Positions 39,385 through 47,050 of a DNA stretch of 64,000 bases are shown one piece after another. A program made the position numbers and the translations under genes. This DNA is from Bacilli bacterium. GTDB lineage: Bacteria; Bacillota_I; Bacilli_A; RFN20; UBA1709. The DNA is taken from NCBI GenBank assembly GCA_050949315.1, contig JBMNFL010000001.1, positions 704,001-768,000 on the forward strand, read 5' to 3'. Position 1 is the first letter of the stretch. The number at the start of each line of letters is the position of its first letter. The notes under the pieces were generated by a model. It worked only from the letters and a program-made list of their open reading frames with translations. It did not search any database and was not told the origin of the DNA.

Positions 39385-40153
39385 CGCTAATACCAAAAAG
39401 CGCTAAAGCGTTTTTATAACTTTCCTTGGCTAATGTTATATAATCCTTCCCTAAAAGCGTGGCTGCTTCTTTAATAATTAATGTTATATTTGATGGTTTG
39501 TTTTCTTGACCACGAAAGGGGTGCGGGGCAAGGTAAGGACTATCTGTTTCAAAAATCAAACGCTCTGGCGAAACTGTTAAAAGAGCTTCTTTAGGTGTGC
39601 GCGCATTCTTAAAAGTTATTGGCCCAGCAAAAGAAATGTACATATTCAAGTCTTCATATAATTTAACCATTTCTTTGCTGCCAGAATAACAATGTATAAC
39701 ACCACGAATGATTTTTTCCTGATTCTTTTTTAAAATTTTATAAGTGTCTTCGCTAGCGTCTCGTGAATGAATAACAATTGGTTTTTTAAATTTATACGCT
39801 AATTCTATTTGTCTTTCGAACCAAACTTTTTGATCTGCTTTAGGTGTTTTCTTCCAATGATAGTCAAGTCCGATTTCACCAACGGCCACCACACATTTTT
39901 TAGTTAAAAGTTCTTCTAATTTAGCTAAACAATCGCTTGGTTGATTAAGAATTTCGTTTGGATGAACGCCAACCGCGGCATAACAAACATCGGGTTCTGT
40001 TTCGGCTATTTTTACCGCTTTAATAGAACTTTCTAAATCGTAGCCTATAATTACAAATTTGCTGACACCAACTAATTTAGCCTCTCTTAAAAAGTCTCTA
40101 TATTTCCCATACATTTTTCCGTTGTTTAAGTGACAATGTGTATCAAAAATCAT
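39374..40153 (-). CDS. tatD: TatD family nuclease
   Basis: Motifs DTHCH, GVHP, GEIGLDYH, IHSR, HCY and ETDSPYLAP. Confidence 0.94.
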   Translation of the reverse strand: MIFDTHCHLNNGKMYGKYRDFLREAKLVGVSKFVIIGYDLESSIKAVKIAETEPDVCYAAVGVHPNEILNQPSDCLAKLEELLTKKCVVAVGEIGLDYHWKKTPKADQKVWFERQIELAYKFKKPIVIHSRDASEDTYKILKKNQEKIIRGVIHCYSGSKEMVKLYEDLNMYISFAGPITFKNARTPKEALLTVSPERLIFETDSPYLAPHPFRGQENKPSNITLIIKEAATLLGKDYITLAKESYKNALALFGISDED

Positions 40154-40154
40154 T

Positions 40155-41492
40155 TTACTTCCCCACACAAAAACGCGAAAAAACCTCATTGTCTAAATCA
40201 ATGTTGCTTTTTTCTCCCAAAATTTCCAGTAGCGCGTCTAAAGCCAGCCTTAAATCAATATAAATCAAATCAACTGGAACCATTTTTTTGCACGAAAGGC
40301 TTGCGTCCTCAAGGGCTCGTTTTGCTTTCTGCATTAAACCAATTTGTCTTGTGTTTGATAATAAGGCATATTGATCATATTCTTTAAGTTCAATTCCCGT
40401 TTTCTTAACAATTGCTTTTTTTAGTTCTTCTATGTTGTCTTTTTTTAATGCCGAAATAGATATGCCTTCTATTTTGCTTTTTATTCCTATATCTTTTTTG
40501 TTTAAAACGATTATATGGGGTTTTTTCTTAATTCCTGTCTCAATTTTTTGCCCTGTTTTGCTAGCATCAATTACATTGATGATAATATCTGCTTCGCTTA
40601 TAGCTTTTTTTGATCGCTCAACTCCAAGACTTTCGATTTTGTTAGTGGGGTTTCTTAATCCCGCGGTATCTAAAAACAAAAACGGTAAACCGCCAATTAT
40701 TATTCTTCCTTCAACGATGTCTCGCGTTGTTCCTGCAATATCTGTAACTATCGCTTTTTCTTCTTCTAATAAGGCGTTAAGCAGGCTGCTTTTCCCAGCG
40801 TTAGGCTTGCCGACAATAGCTACTTTTATTCCATCTCTTATCATTTGCCCCGTTTCTGCTTCTTCGAGAATTTTAGAGCTTTTTTCACTTAATATCTTTA
40901 TTCTTGGAAGCAAAATTTTATTTGTTAATTGCTCGATGTCTTCGTATTCTGGATAATCTATATTAACTTCAATTTGGCTAATAATATCTAAAAGATCGTT
41001 TTTTAAATCTTTTATTTTATTAGAGACACTCCCTTTGAGTCCTTGAAGCGCCACTTTTACTGCACTTTCGCTGTTGGCGCGAATCAAATCGTTGATTGAT
41101 TCTGCCTGAATCAAATCTATTTTCCCGTTGATAAAAGCTTTCTTTGTAAATTCTCCTTTTTCTGCAAGTCGCGCCCCAAATTTAATACATGCTTCAATTA
41201 TCTTATTGATTATAACTAAATTCCCGTGACAACTTATTTCAACCGTGTCTTCTCCGGTAAAGGTTTTTGGTGCTTTTGTTAAATTTACAACAACATCATC
41301 AATTACTTCTCCGTCGTTAATAATTTGCCCGTGTATTATTTGTGGGCCTTGGTCTTCGCTGATGGGCACACTAAAAATGTTGCGAAGAATCTTATGGGCT
41401 TCTTTGCCGCTCATTCTTATTAACGCCAAAGCGCTTTCAAATGGCGCCGTAGATAAAGCAACAATGGTATCATTAAACAAAAAGTTCACCAC
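40155..41492 (-). CDS. mnmE: tRNA U34 modification GTPase MnmE
   Basis: Motifs DTIVALST, FTGED, GKPNAGKS, GTTRD, DTAG, NKKD and C-terminal FCVGK; the true start may be TTG 41480. Confidence 0.96.
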   Translation of the reverse strand: MVNFLFNDTIVALSTAPFESALALIRMSGKEAHKILRNIFSVPISEDQGPQIIHGQIINDGEVIDDVVVNLTKAPKTFTGEDTVEISCHGNLVIINKIIEACIKFGARLAEKGEFTKKAFINGKIDLIQAESINDLIRANSESAVKVALQGLKGSVSNKIKDLKNDLLDIISQIEVNIDYPEYEDIEQLTNKILLPRIKILSEKSSKILEEAETGQMIRDGIKVAIVGKPNAGKSSLLNALLEEEKAIVTDIAGTTRDIVEGRIIIGGLPFLFLDTAGLRNPTNKIESLGVERSKKAISEADIIINVIDASKTGQKIETGIKKKPHIIVLNKKDIGIKSKIEGISISALKKDNIEELKKAIVKKTGIELKEYDQYALLSNTRQIGLMQKAKRALEDASLSCKKMVPVDLIYIDLRLALDALLEILGEKSNIDLDNEVFSRFCVGK

Positions 41493-41529
41493 CTTTAAAT
41501 ATATTATACATTTTTTGTTCGGTTAATAT

Positions 41530-41555
41530 AAAAAAAGTTGGTTTGGAACCAACTT
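41530..41555 (-). terminator. Intrinsic terminator of the rnf operon
   Basis: Perfect stem AAGTTGGTT-TGG-AACCAACTT with an adjacent A run, 4 nt after the rnfB stop. Confidence 0.8.
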
Positions 41556-41559
41556 AATT

Positions 41560-41877
41560 TTAAAGTTTTATTGTGCTGCCATCCGGCCCTGGCGTTTCAG
41601 CTAAATATTTCTTTATTGCTTCTTTCTGCTCAGGCTTAGCAACACGACAAGGATCTAAACTTTTTATTTCGCCTTTAACAATAGCGGCGGCAAAACCCGA
41701 ACACCCCGGTTTACCACAAGCTCCACAATTATAGCCAGGAAGTAAAGAGTTGACTGTTTCTATCCTTTCATCAGTCTTGACTGAAAAATAATGAGCACCA
41801 ACGGCACAAATCAAGCCCATAAGTCCTGCTATCGCTAAAAAAACCACAACGGCAGTAACAACATTTCCCCAGTTCAT
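41560..41877 (-). CDS. rnfB: RnfB, N-terminal anchor and first Fe-S domain only (105 aa)
   Basis: TM helix, then F.V..DER...LPGYNCGACGKPGC...C; no CxxCxxCxxxCP ferredoxin repeats; RBS AGGAGG. Confidence 0.85.
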   Translation of the reverse strand: MNWGNVVTAVVVFLAIAGLMGLICAVGAHYFSVKTDERIETVNSLLPGYNCGACGKPGCSGFAAAIVKGEIKSLDPCRVAKPEQKEAIKKYLAETPGPDGSTIKL

Positions 41878-42056
41878 TCTTTTTCCTCCTTATCCTTGCT
41901 GTTTTTTAAACAACTAGTAATGGGACAAGTCTTACAAGCGGCGTCTAATTTTTCACAACCTTCGGGCTTCGGTGTATTTTTGTTTAATACATAAGAGAGC
42001 ACAAACAAAACAATTAGCGCCATAACAATAATAATTGCCCAAATATACGACGGCAT
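41874..42056 (-). CDS. Small membrane-anchored Cys-rich protein inside the rnf operon (unknown function)
   Basis: 60 aa: one TM helix, then C-x6-C-x2-C-x4-C. RBS GGAGG lies inside the rnfA end, the ATG abuts the rnfA stop, and there is an ATGA overlap with rnfB. Confidence 0.8.
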   Translation of the reverse strand: MPSYIWAIIIVMALIVLFVLSYVLNKNTPKPEGCEKLDAACKTCPITSCLKNSKDKEEKE

Positions 42057-42629
42057 TTAGAAAATCCCTCCAAAACCATAAAAGGCCAAGGCCATAACTC
42101 CTGCCAAAACAAAAGCCACCGGAATACCTTTAAAATATTTAGGAACGGGAGCAACTTCAATTTTTTCACGAATTGATGAAAAAATAAACATAACCAACAA
42201 ATAACCAACACCGATGCAAACGGCGTAAACTACTGCTTCAATGAAACTATAATTATTTTGAATATTGGTGGTGGCAACACCCAAAATCGCGCAGTTGGTA
42301 GTAATCAGTGGTAAATAAATTCCTAAAGCTTCGTAAAGTTTGGGGATGAATTTCTTCAAAAACATTTCCACAAATTGAACGAGTGTTGCAATAACCAAAA
42401 TTGAAACAATTTGATCCAAATAGTTAATCCCTAGCGGAATCAATAAGAAGTGATAAATGCACCAAGTAACCACCGAAGCCAAAACAAGAACGAAAATAAC
42501 AGCAAAACTCATTCCGATCGCATTTTTCTTTTGGGTTGAAACCCCTATAAACGAGCAAATACCCAAAAATTGAGAAAGCAGAACGTTGCTAACTAAAATA
42601 GCGCCAAAGCCCAGTGAAATTAATGCCAT
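42057..42629 (-). CDS. rnfA: Rnf complex subunit A
   Basis: Motifs NVLLSQFLGIC, LVQFVEMFL and LGIYLPLITTNC. Confidence 0.95.
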   Translation of the reverse strand: MALISLGFGAILVSNVLLSQFLGICSFIGVSTQKKNAIGMSFAVIFVLVLASVVTWCIYHFLLIPLGINYLDQIVSILVIATLVQFVEMFLKKFIPKLYEALGIYLPLITTNCAILGVATTNIQNNYSFIEAVVYAVCIGVGYLLVMFIFSSIREKIEVAPVPKYFKGIPVAFVLAGVMALAFYGFGGIF

Positions 42630-42630
42630 T

Positions 42631-43284
42631 TTATTTCACCTCTTTCTTTTCTTTTTTAGGCCTGTTATGAAAAGCGGCAGTAATTGCAAACATAACGCCC
42701 AAAGCAAAGAAGGCTCCTGCTGCTTGACCAAACAAGGATATTTTTAATTCTGGTAATAAAGTTAAAGTAAACGATTGCGTGGTATTAAAAGGGTTAGAAA
42801 AAGTGAGCGTTTGGGTGGAAATTATTTCCCGCACTAAACTAAAAACAATTAAAACAAGACCAAACCCCAACGACATGCCTACAGCATCAATAATTGATGG
42901 CAAAACCTTGTTTTTAGAAGCAAAAGCCTCTGCTCGACCAAGAATTAAACAATTTACAACAATTAAAGGTATGAAAATACCTAAAGATTCGTGTAGTTCT
43001 GGAGTAAAAGCCTTCATTAAGGATTCAATACAACTAACAAAAGTGGCAATCACAATAATAAAAATAGGAATTCTTATCTCGTTTGGAACTAATTTTCTAA
43101 TTAAAGATATTGTTATATTAGATAATAAAAGGACGGCAAACACCGCAAATGACATCCCAATGGCGTTATCTACCCTCGTAGAAACCGCCAATAAAGGACA
43201 AAGCCCAAGAGCAGAAACTAAAATGGGGTTTTCCGTAAAAACGCCTGTTTTAATGATGTTTTTAAATTTTACTTTTTCTTCCAT
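42631..43284 (-). CDS. rnfE: Rnf complex subunit E
   Basis: Motifs ENPILVSALGLCPLLAV and LGIFIPLIVVNCLILGRAEAFA; start ATG 43284 with RBS GGAGG. Confidence 0.95.
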   Translation of the reverse strand: MEEKVKFKNIIKTGVFTENPILVSALGLCPLLAVSTRVDNAIGMSFAVFAVLLLSNITISLIRKLVPNEIRIPIFIIVIATFVSCIESLMKAFTPELHESLGIFIPLIVVNCLILGRAEAFASKNKVLPSIIDAVGMSLGFGLVLIVFSLVREIISTQTLTFSNPFNTTQSFTLTLLPELKISLFGQAAGAFFALGVMFAITAAFHNRPKKEKKEVK

Positions 43285-43285
43285 T

Positions 43286-43837
43286 TTATTTATCCTCCCT
43301 AACTGTGCTATGAAAATCAATAACCTTAGTTACGGATTTTTTAATTCCATTCATGGTTTTGGTAGCTCCTGTTGATAGGTCCGTTCCTTTGTCTAATTTA
43401 TTAAACGGTAAATCTTTAAACCACGCGACAAATTCTTCGTTTGCAATTAAATCGGCGCCATAGCCTGAAGTTTCGCTATTAGAAATAAAACTAATTCCTA
43501 TGATTTTTTCTTCTTCATTACTAAGAACTATCAAATAAACGATATCCCCACTATAGCCCTTACCAACCGCTTGATAAGCGCTGGCTTTTTTTTCTCCTCC
43601 CGTTGTTAAGTCATAAATCGTGCTAATGCTATATTGATCTAAATTATCATAACCCTTGCTGACGTCTTCTACTGTTTCAACATTTGGATAAAGTTCTTCG
43701 ATGGCTTCTTTGGCTTTTTGAATATTTCTTTCATTAATTATCGGATTTGTAATCCAGTAAACAATTGCTAAACAAAAAGCACAAATTATACCAACAATCG
43801 CTAAGATCAAGGGATATTTTAAAAACTTATTTTTCAT
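43286..43837 (-). CDS. rnfG: Rnf complex subunit G (FMN-binding)
   Basis: N-terminal TM helix, GYSGDI, ETSGYG and flavinylation motif STGAT. Confidence 0.88.
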   Translation of the reverse strand: MKNKFLKYPLILAIVGIICAFCLAIVYWITNPIINERNIQKAKEAIEELYPNVETVEDVSKGYDNLDQYSISTIYDLTTGGEKKASAYQAVGKGYSGDIVYLIVLSNEEEKIIGISFISNSETSGYGADLIANEEFVAWFKDLPFNKLDKGTDLSTGATKTMNGIKKSVTKVIDFHSTVREDK

Positions 43838-44901
43838 TAAGCTACACCCCCTAAGAAGGCAACGCCAATATTAATTCCAATTGCCAAGACAAGAAGCGCC
43901 AAAATTACGCCCCAGCGTTGACCAATTTTATCAGTGGTTTTACCTTTAACTAAACCGTCAATGATTGGTGTTAAAAGGTTCATAAAAACAATAGAGAAGA
44001 CCACGCCTTCTGGCAGGGCTCCAGAGACCCTAATTAGAATCGTAATTGCTGCGGCGCCTAACCCAAAAATAATTTTCCCCATCGGCGATGTTGGTGTAGT
44101 AACTGGATCAGTAACCATAAACACCGCACCAAAGGCTAGTCCCCCAACCAAAATATGGGTTATTCCATAAACAAACGGGTTGGCAACCCCAAAGGCTAAT
44201 CCCATAAATAACGTTATTAAGAACGCCGAAACAGTATAACTTACCATAAGTCTTGGGTCGGCAATCTTTCTAATTGATAAATAAATTCCAGCAATAAGTA
44301 ATGTTAATGCGCTGGTTTCGCCAATCGCCCCCGCGTAGTTTCCCAAAAACAAACGACCGAGACTGAAGCCGTCAGGTAGAATTCCGTCTTTCCAATTGAG
44401 TGCGCTCGTTATTGTCGCGCTTGTTGTGGCATCACTAACTAGCCCTGGAACTCCAGTGATTGCTAAAGAAAATGATAAGGCAACAATAATTCTTCCTAGG
44501 CCAGCTGGGTTAATTGGGTTATAACCAAAACCTCCGAAAACAATTTTACCAAAAACAATAGCTAAAACAATGCCGACGACAATTGCATAATAAGAAACTG
44601 TAACTGGCAAAGTCAAAACAAAGATTAAGGCCGTAACATAACTATAAGAGCCTACAAAATACTGCCAAACATTCTTTTTAATTATTAAAGCGGTAACAAC
44701 ATCTGTAACAAAAGCCGCAACTAAAGCAACAACCCCCATTAGAATGGTTTTTGTTCCTTCAGCTTCTCCCATAAGGGTATAATTCATTAAAATCGCCACA
44801 AACCAAACCACAACCAAAACAAGGCTTAGTTCAAGCATAATTCCTTTAGTTGTGCGCTTTGTGCTTCTTTGGAAAGGCGCTGGTTTTATTCTAAACTTCA
44901 T
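43837..44901 (-). CDS. rnfD: Rnf complex subunit D
   Basis: Motifs KIVFGGFGYNPINPA, TSAT, GAIGETS, FMVTDPVTTP and PEGVVFSI. Confidence 0.95.
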   Translation of the reverse strand: MKFRIKPAPFQRSTKRTTKGIMLELSLVLVVVWFVAILMNYTLMGEAEGTKTILMGVVALVAAFVTDVVTALIIKKNVWQYFVGSYSYVTALIFVLTLPVTVSYYAIVVGIVLAIVFGKIVFGGFGYNPINPAGLGRIIVALSFSLAITGVPGLVSDATTSATITSALNWKDGILPDGFSLGRLFLGNYAGAIGETSALTLLIAGIYLSIRKIADPRLMVSYTVSAFLITLFMGLAFGVANPFVYGITHILVGGLAFGAVFMVTDPVTTPTSPMGKIIFGLGAAAITILIRVSGALPEGVVFSIVFMNLLTPIIDGLVKGKTTDKIGQRWGVILALLVLAIGINIGVAFLGGVA

Positions 44902-44913
44902 CCGCTCTCCCCC

Positions 44914-46233
44914 TTATTTCTTGGCAGCCTTAGCTTTGGCGGCCGCAATTTTCAGCATCAATTTGGCTTTGCGAATACTTTCTGTCACCATAATTCGACT
45001 TGGACAAACGAAAGTACAAAGACCGCATTCAATACAACTATTTACTTTTAAGTCTTGGAGTCTTTTTTCGTCTTTCTTTTCAACTGCCTCTTTAATCTCT
45101 ACTGGTTGCAGAGAGGCCGGACAGTGAAGAGTACAGGCTCCACAACGCAAACAAGGTTCAGCTTCAATTTCTTCAAAAAATAAAACTGTGTAGCCTCCGC
45201 TTTGCTTTTCAACAACAAATTGGTCATTCATTTGTGCCTTGCTACACATTGGTCCACCAGCCAAGAGAAAAACTTGTTCTCCTTTATAGCCGCCACAAGC
45301 TTCAATAATTTTGCTAACAACTGTCCCAACAGGAACTCGAATGTTTTGGGGCTCTTTAATTGCGGTTCCTGAAACAGTAACAACTCTTTCGGTTATAGGT
45401 TTTCCTTCTAAGACGGCTTTAGCAACCGCCATTGCCGTTTGTGCATTATTTACGATAACCCCAATTTCAGAAGGAAGATTTTCATATTCTTTTTTAAAAA
45501 CGTTCCAAACCAAGGTTCTTTCCCAACCGGCCGGGTAACGATCTTTAACTTCTTTAATTTCAATATTAGGATAACTGTCTATATACTTTAGAATGGCTTC
45601 TTTCATATCGGAGTGCCCTTCTTTAAAGGCGATAATTGCCTTTTTTGCCTGACTTGCGCGCATCATTAAACTTATGCCCTTGAGCATGGTCTCGGTTTCT
45701 TCAACAACCATTAAATTATCGGTAGTTAAATAAGGCTCGCATTCACAAGCGTTAATTAAGATGGTTTTAATATTTTTGGCTCCATATTTGATATAGGTTG
45801 GGAAACCCGCGCCACCTAAGCCAACTATTCCCGCTTCCTTGATGGCCTCAACAATTTCTTCAGAACTAACTTTATCATAATCATATTTTTTTAAACTTTC
45901 TTCTGTTTCATATTTAAAATCGTTATCAATAACAAAGTGGTCAACCGGCCGACCCGTTAAAGAATTAAATCTTTTTTCCGTTCCTGAAACAAATCCAGAG
46001 ACAGGCGAGAAAACCGGAACATAAAAACCTTGAGAAACACCAATTCTTGTTCCTTTTTTGACATAATCGCCTTCTTTGATGTCTAACAACAACTCTTTTC
46101 CGTTTCCTGAAACAAGAGGAATATAAATTTTACCGATGGCCTTTGGATCAGTAAGCGTAATAATTTTTTTGCCGTGGGTTAACTCTTTGTGACCCTGGAT
46201 ATGACAACCGCCCCGAGAAAATAGAATTCCCAT
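44914..46233 (-). CDS. rnfC: Rnf complex subunit C (NADH/FMN, two 4Fe-4S)
   Basis: Motifs AGIVGLGGAGFPT, NACECEPYLT, YPAGWE, GGPM, CLRCGACTLHCP and CIECGLCTFVCP; start ATG 46233 with RBS GGAGG. Confidence 0.96.
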   Translation of the reverse strand: MGILFSRGGCHIQGHKELTHGKKIITLTDPKAIGKIYIPLVSGNGKELLLDIKEGDYVKKGTRIGVSQGFYVPVFSPVSGFVSGTEKRFNSLTGRPVDHFVIDNDFKYETEESLKKYDYDKVSSEEIVEAIKEAGIVGLGGAGFPTYIKYGAKNIKTILINACECEPYLTTDNLMVVEETETMLKGISLMMRASQAKKAIIAFKEGHSDMKEAILKYIDSYPNIEIKEVKDRYPAGWERTLVWNVFKKEYENLPSEIGVIVNNAQTAMAVAKAVLEGKPITERVVTVSGTAIKEPQNIRVPVGTVVSKIIEACGGYKGEQVFLLAGGPMCSKAQMNDQFVVEKQSGGYTVLFFEEIEAEPCLRCGACTLHCPASLQPVEIKEAVEKKDEKRLQDLKVNSCIECGLCTFVCPSRIMVTESIRKAKLMLKIAAAKAKAAKK

Positions 46234-46321
46234 TTTATTCCTCCTTTTTGTCGACACAGATATATTAATTTATTTGTTTTATACTGCCTTTTATAGTAAA
46301 ACTGAATATCAATTCACATTA

Positions 46322-46350
46322 ATTATCAGTTGCTTTCTTCTAATAGTCAA
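46322..46350 (-). promoter_or_regulatory. Candidate sigma-A promoter of the rnf operon
   Basis: TTGACT-17-GATAAT on the minus strand. Confidence 0.55.
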
Positions 46351-46385
46351 GAACTTTTAAAAAAACTAAAAATTTATTCAATAAT

Positions 46386-46406
46386 AAAACAAGCCCATAA
46401 GGGCTT
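46386..46406 (-). terminator. Probable terminator after jag
   Basis: AAGCCC-ATAA-GGGCTT hairpin at the jag stop with a weak U tract. Confidence 0.5.
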
Positions 46407-47040
46407 AATTTTCTTCTTCGGCGACTTTTGTTTTCTTTTCTTCGGTATAAATGATGTTAATTTGTCTTTTTTGCCCTGAGCCCGAGCTTTCAGTTTTAAT
46501 ATTGCGCATCGCGCTTAAGGCGTTGTGGACAATTCTTCGTTCATCGCTAGTCATCGGATCAAGTTTCGCATTAATCTTGCTTTTTTGTACCTCGCGGGCA
46601 ATACGCCGGGCCATTCTGGTGATTTTTTCGTACTTTTCCTCTTTATACGTGCTAATATCTAAAAGAATGCGATACCGTCTCCCAAAGGCGGAGCTGATAG
46701 CGTTGCGCACAACACTATTAATTGCCTGGAGCGTCCTTCCATTTTTACCAATTAGAATTGAATTGTGGGTTGTATCTAAGTTGATTTTGAGAACGCCTTC
46801 TTCAAGCGTGGTTTCCATAGACCCTTCTAAACCATAATTCTTAATAATTTTGATTATGTAGGCTTCGGCAAATTCAATAACATCGGTTATTGTATATGCT
46901 TCAATTTCAACCTTTTTACCAAATAGCCCTTTTTTCTCTTCTAAAACTGTGTAATAGACATATTCGGCATCAATATTAAATTCTTCACACGCCTTATCAA
47001 TAGCTTCTTCAATTGTTTTTCCTGAAAATTTAGTTTTCAT
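46405..47040 (-). CDS. jag: RNA-binding protein Jag/EloR (KhpB)
   Basis: Jag_N (GKTIEEAI...KKGLFG), KH (LIGKNGRTLQAI) and R3H (ERRIVH). Confidence 0.95.
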   Translation of the reverse strand: MKTKFSGKTIEEAIDKACEEFNIDAEYVYYTVLEEKKGLFGKKVEIEAYTITDVIEFAEAYIIKIIKNYGLEGSMETTLEEGVLKINLDTTHNSILIGKNGRTLQAINSVVRNAISSAFGRRYRILLDISTYKEEKYEKITRMARRIAREVQKSKINAKLDPMTSDERRIVHNALSAMRNIKTESSGSGQKRQINIIYTEEKKTKVAEEEN

Positions 47041-47050
47041 TTTGCTCCTC

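Noticed and set aside
42779-43375. Long antisense ORFs (e.g. 42779-43375, 40432-40956, 9336-9761, 46451-46837, 29817-30206)
   Set aside because: They lie opposite well-supported genes, have Ser/Ile/Phe-rich shadow composition and show no motifs
46290-46320. Rex or Crp/Fnr site upstream of rnf
   Set aside because: The half-site spacing does not fit TTGTGAA-N4-TTCACAA, TGTGA-N6-TCACA or TTGAT-N4-ATCAA; it is kept only as part of the TGAATA-NN-TATTCA observation
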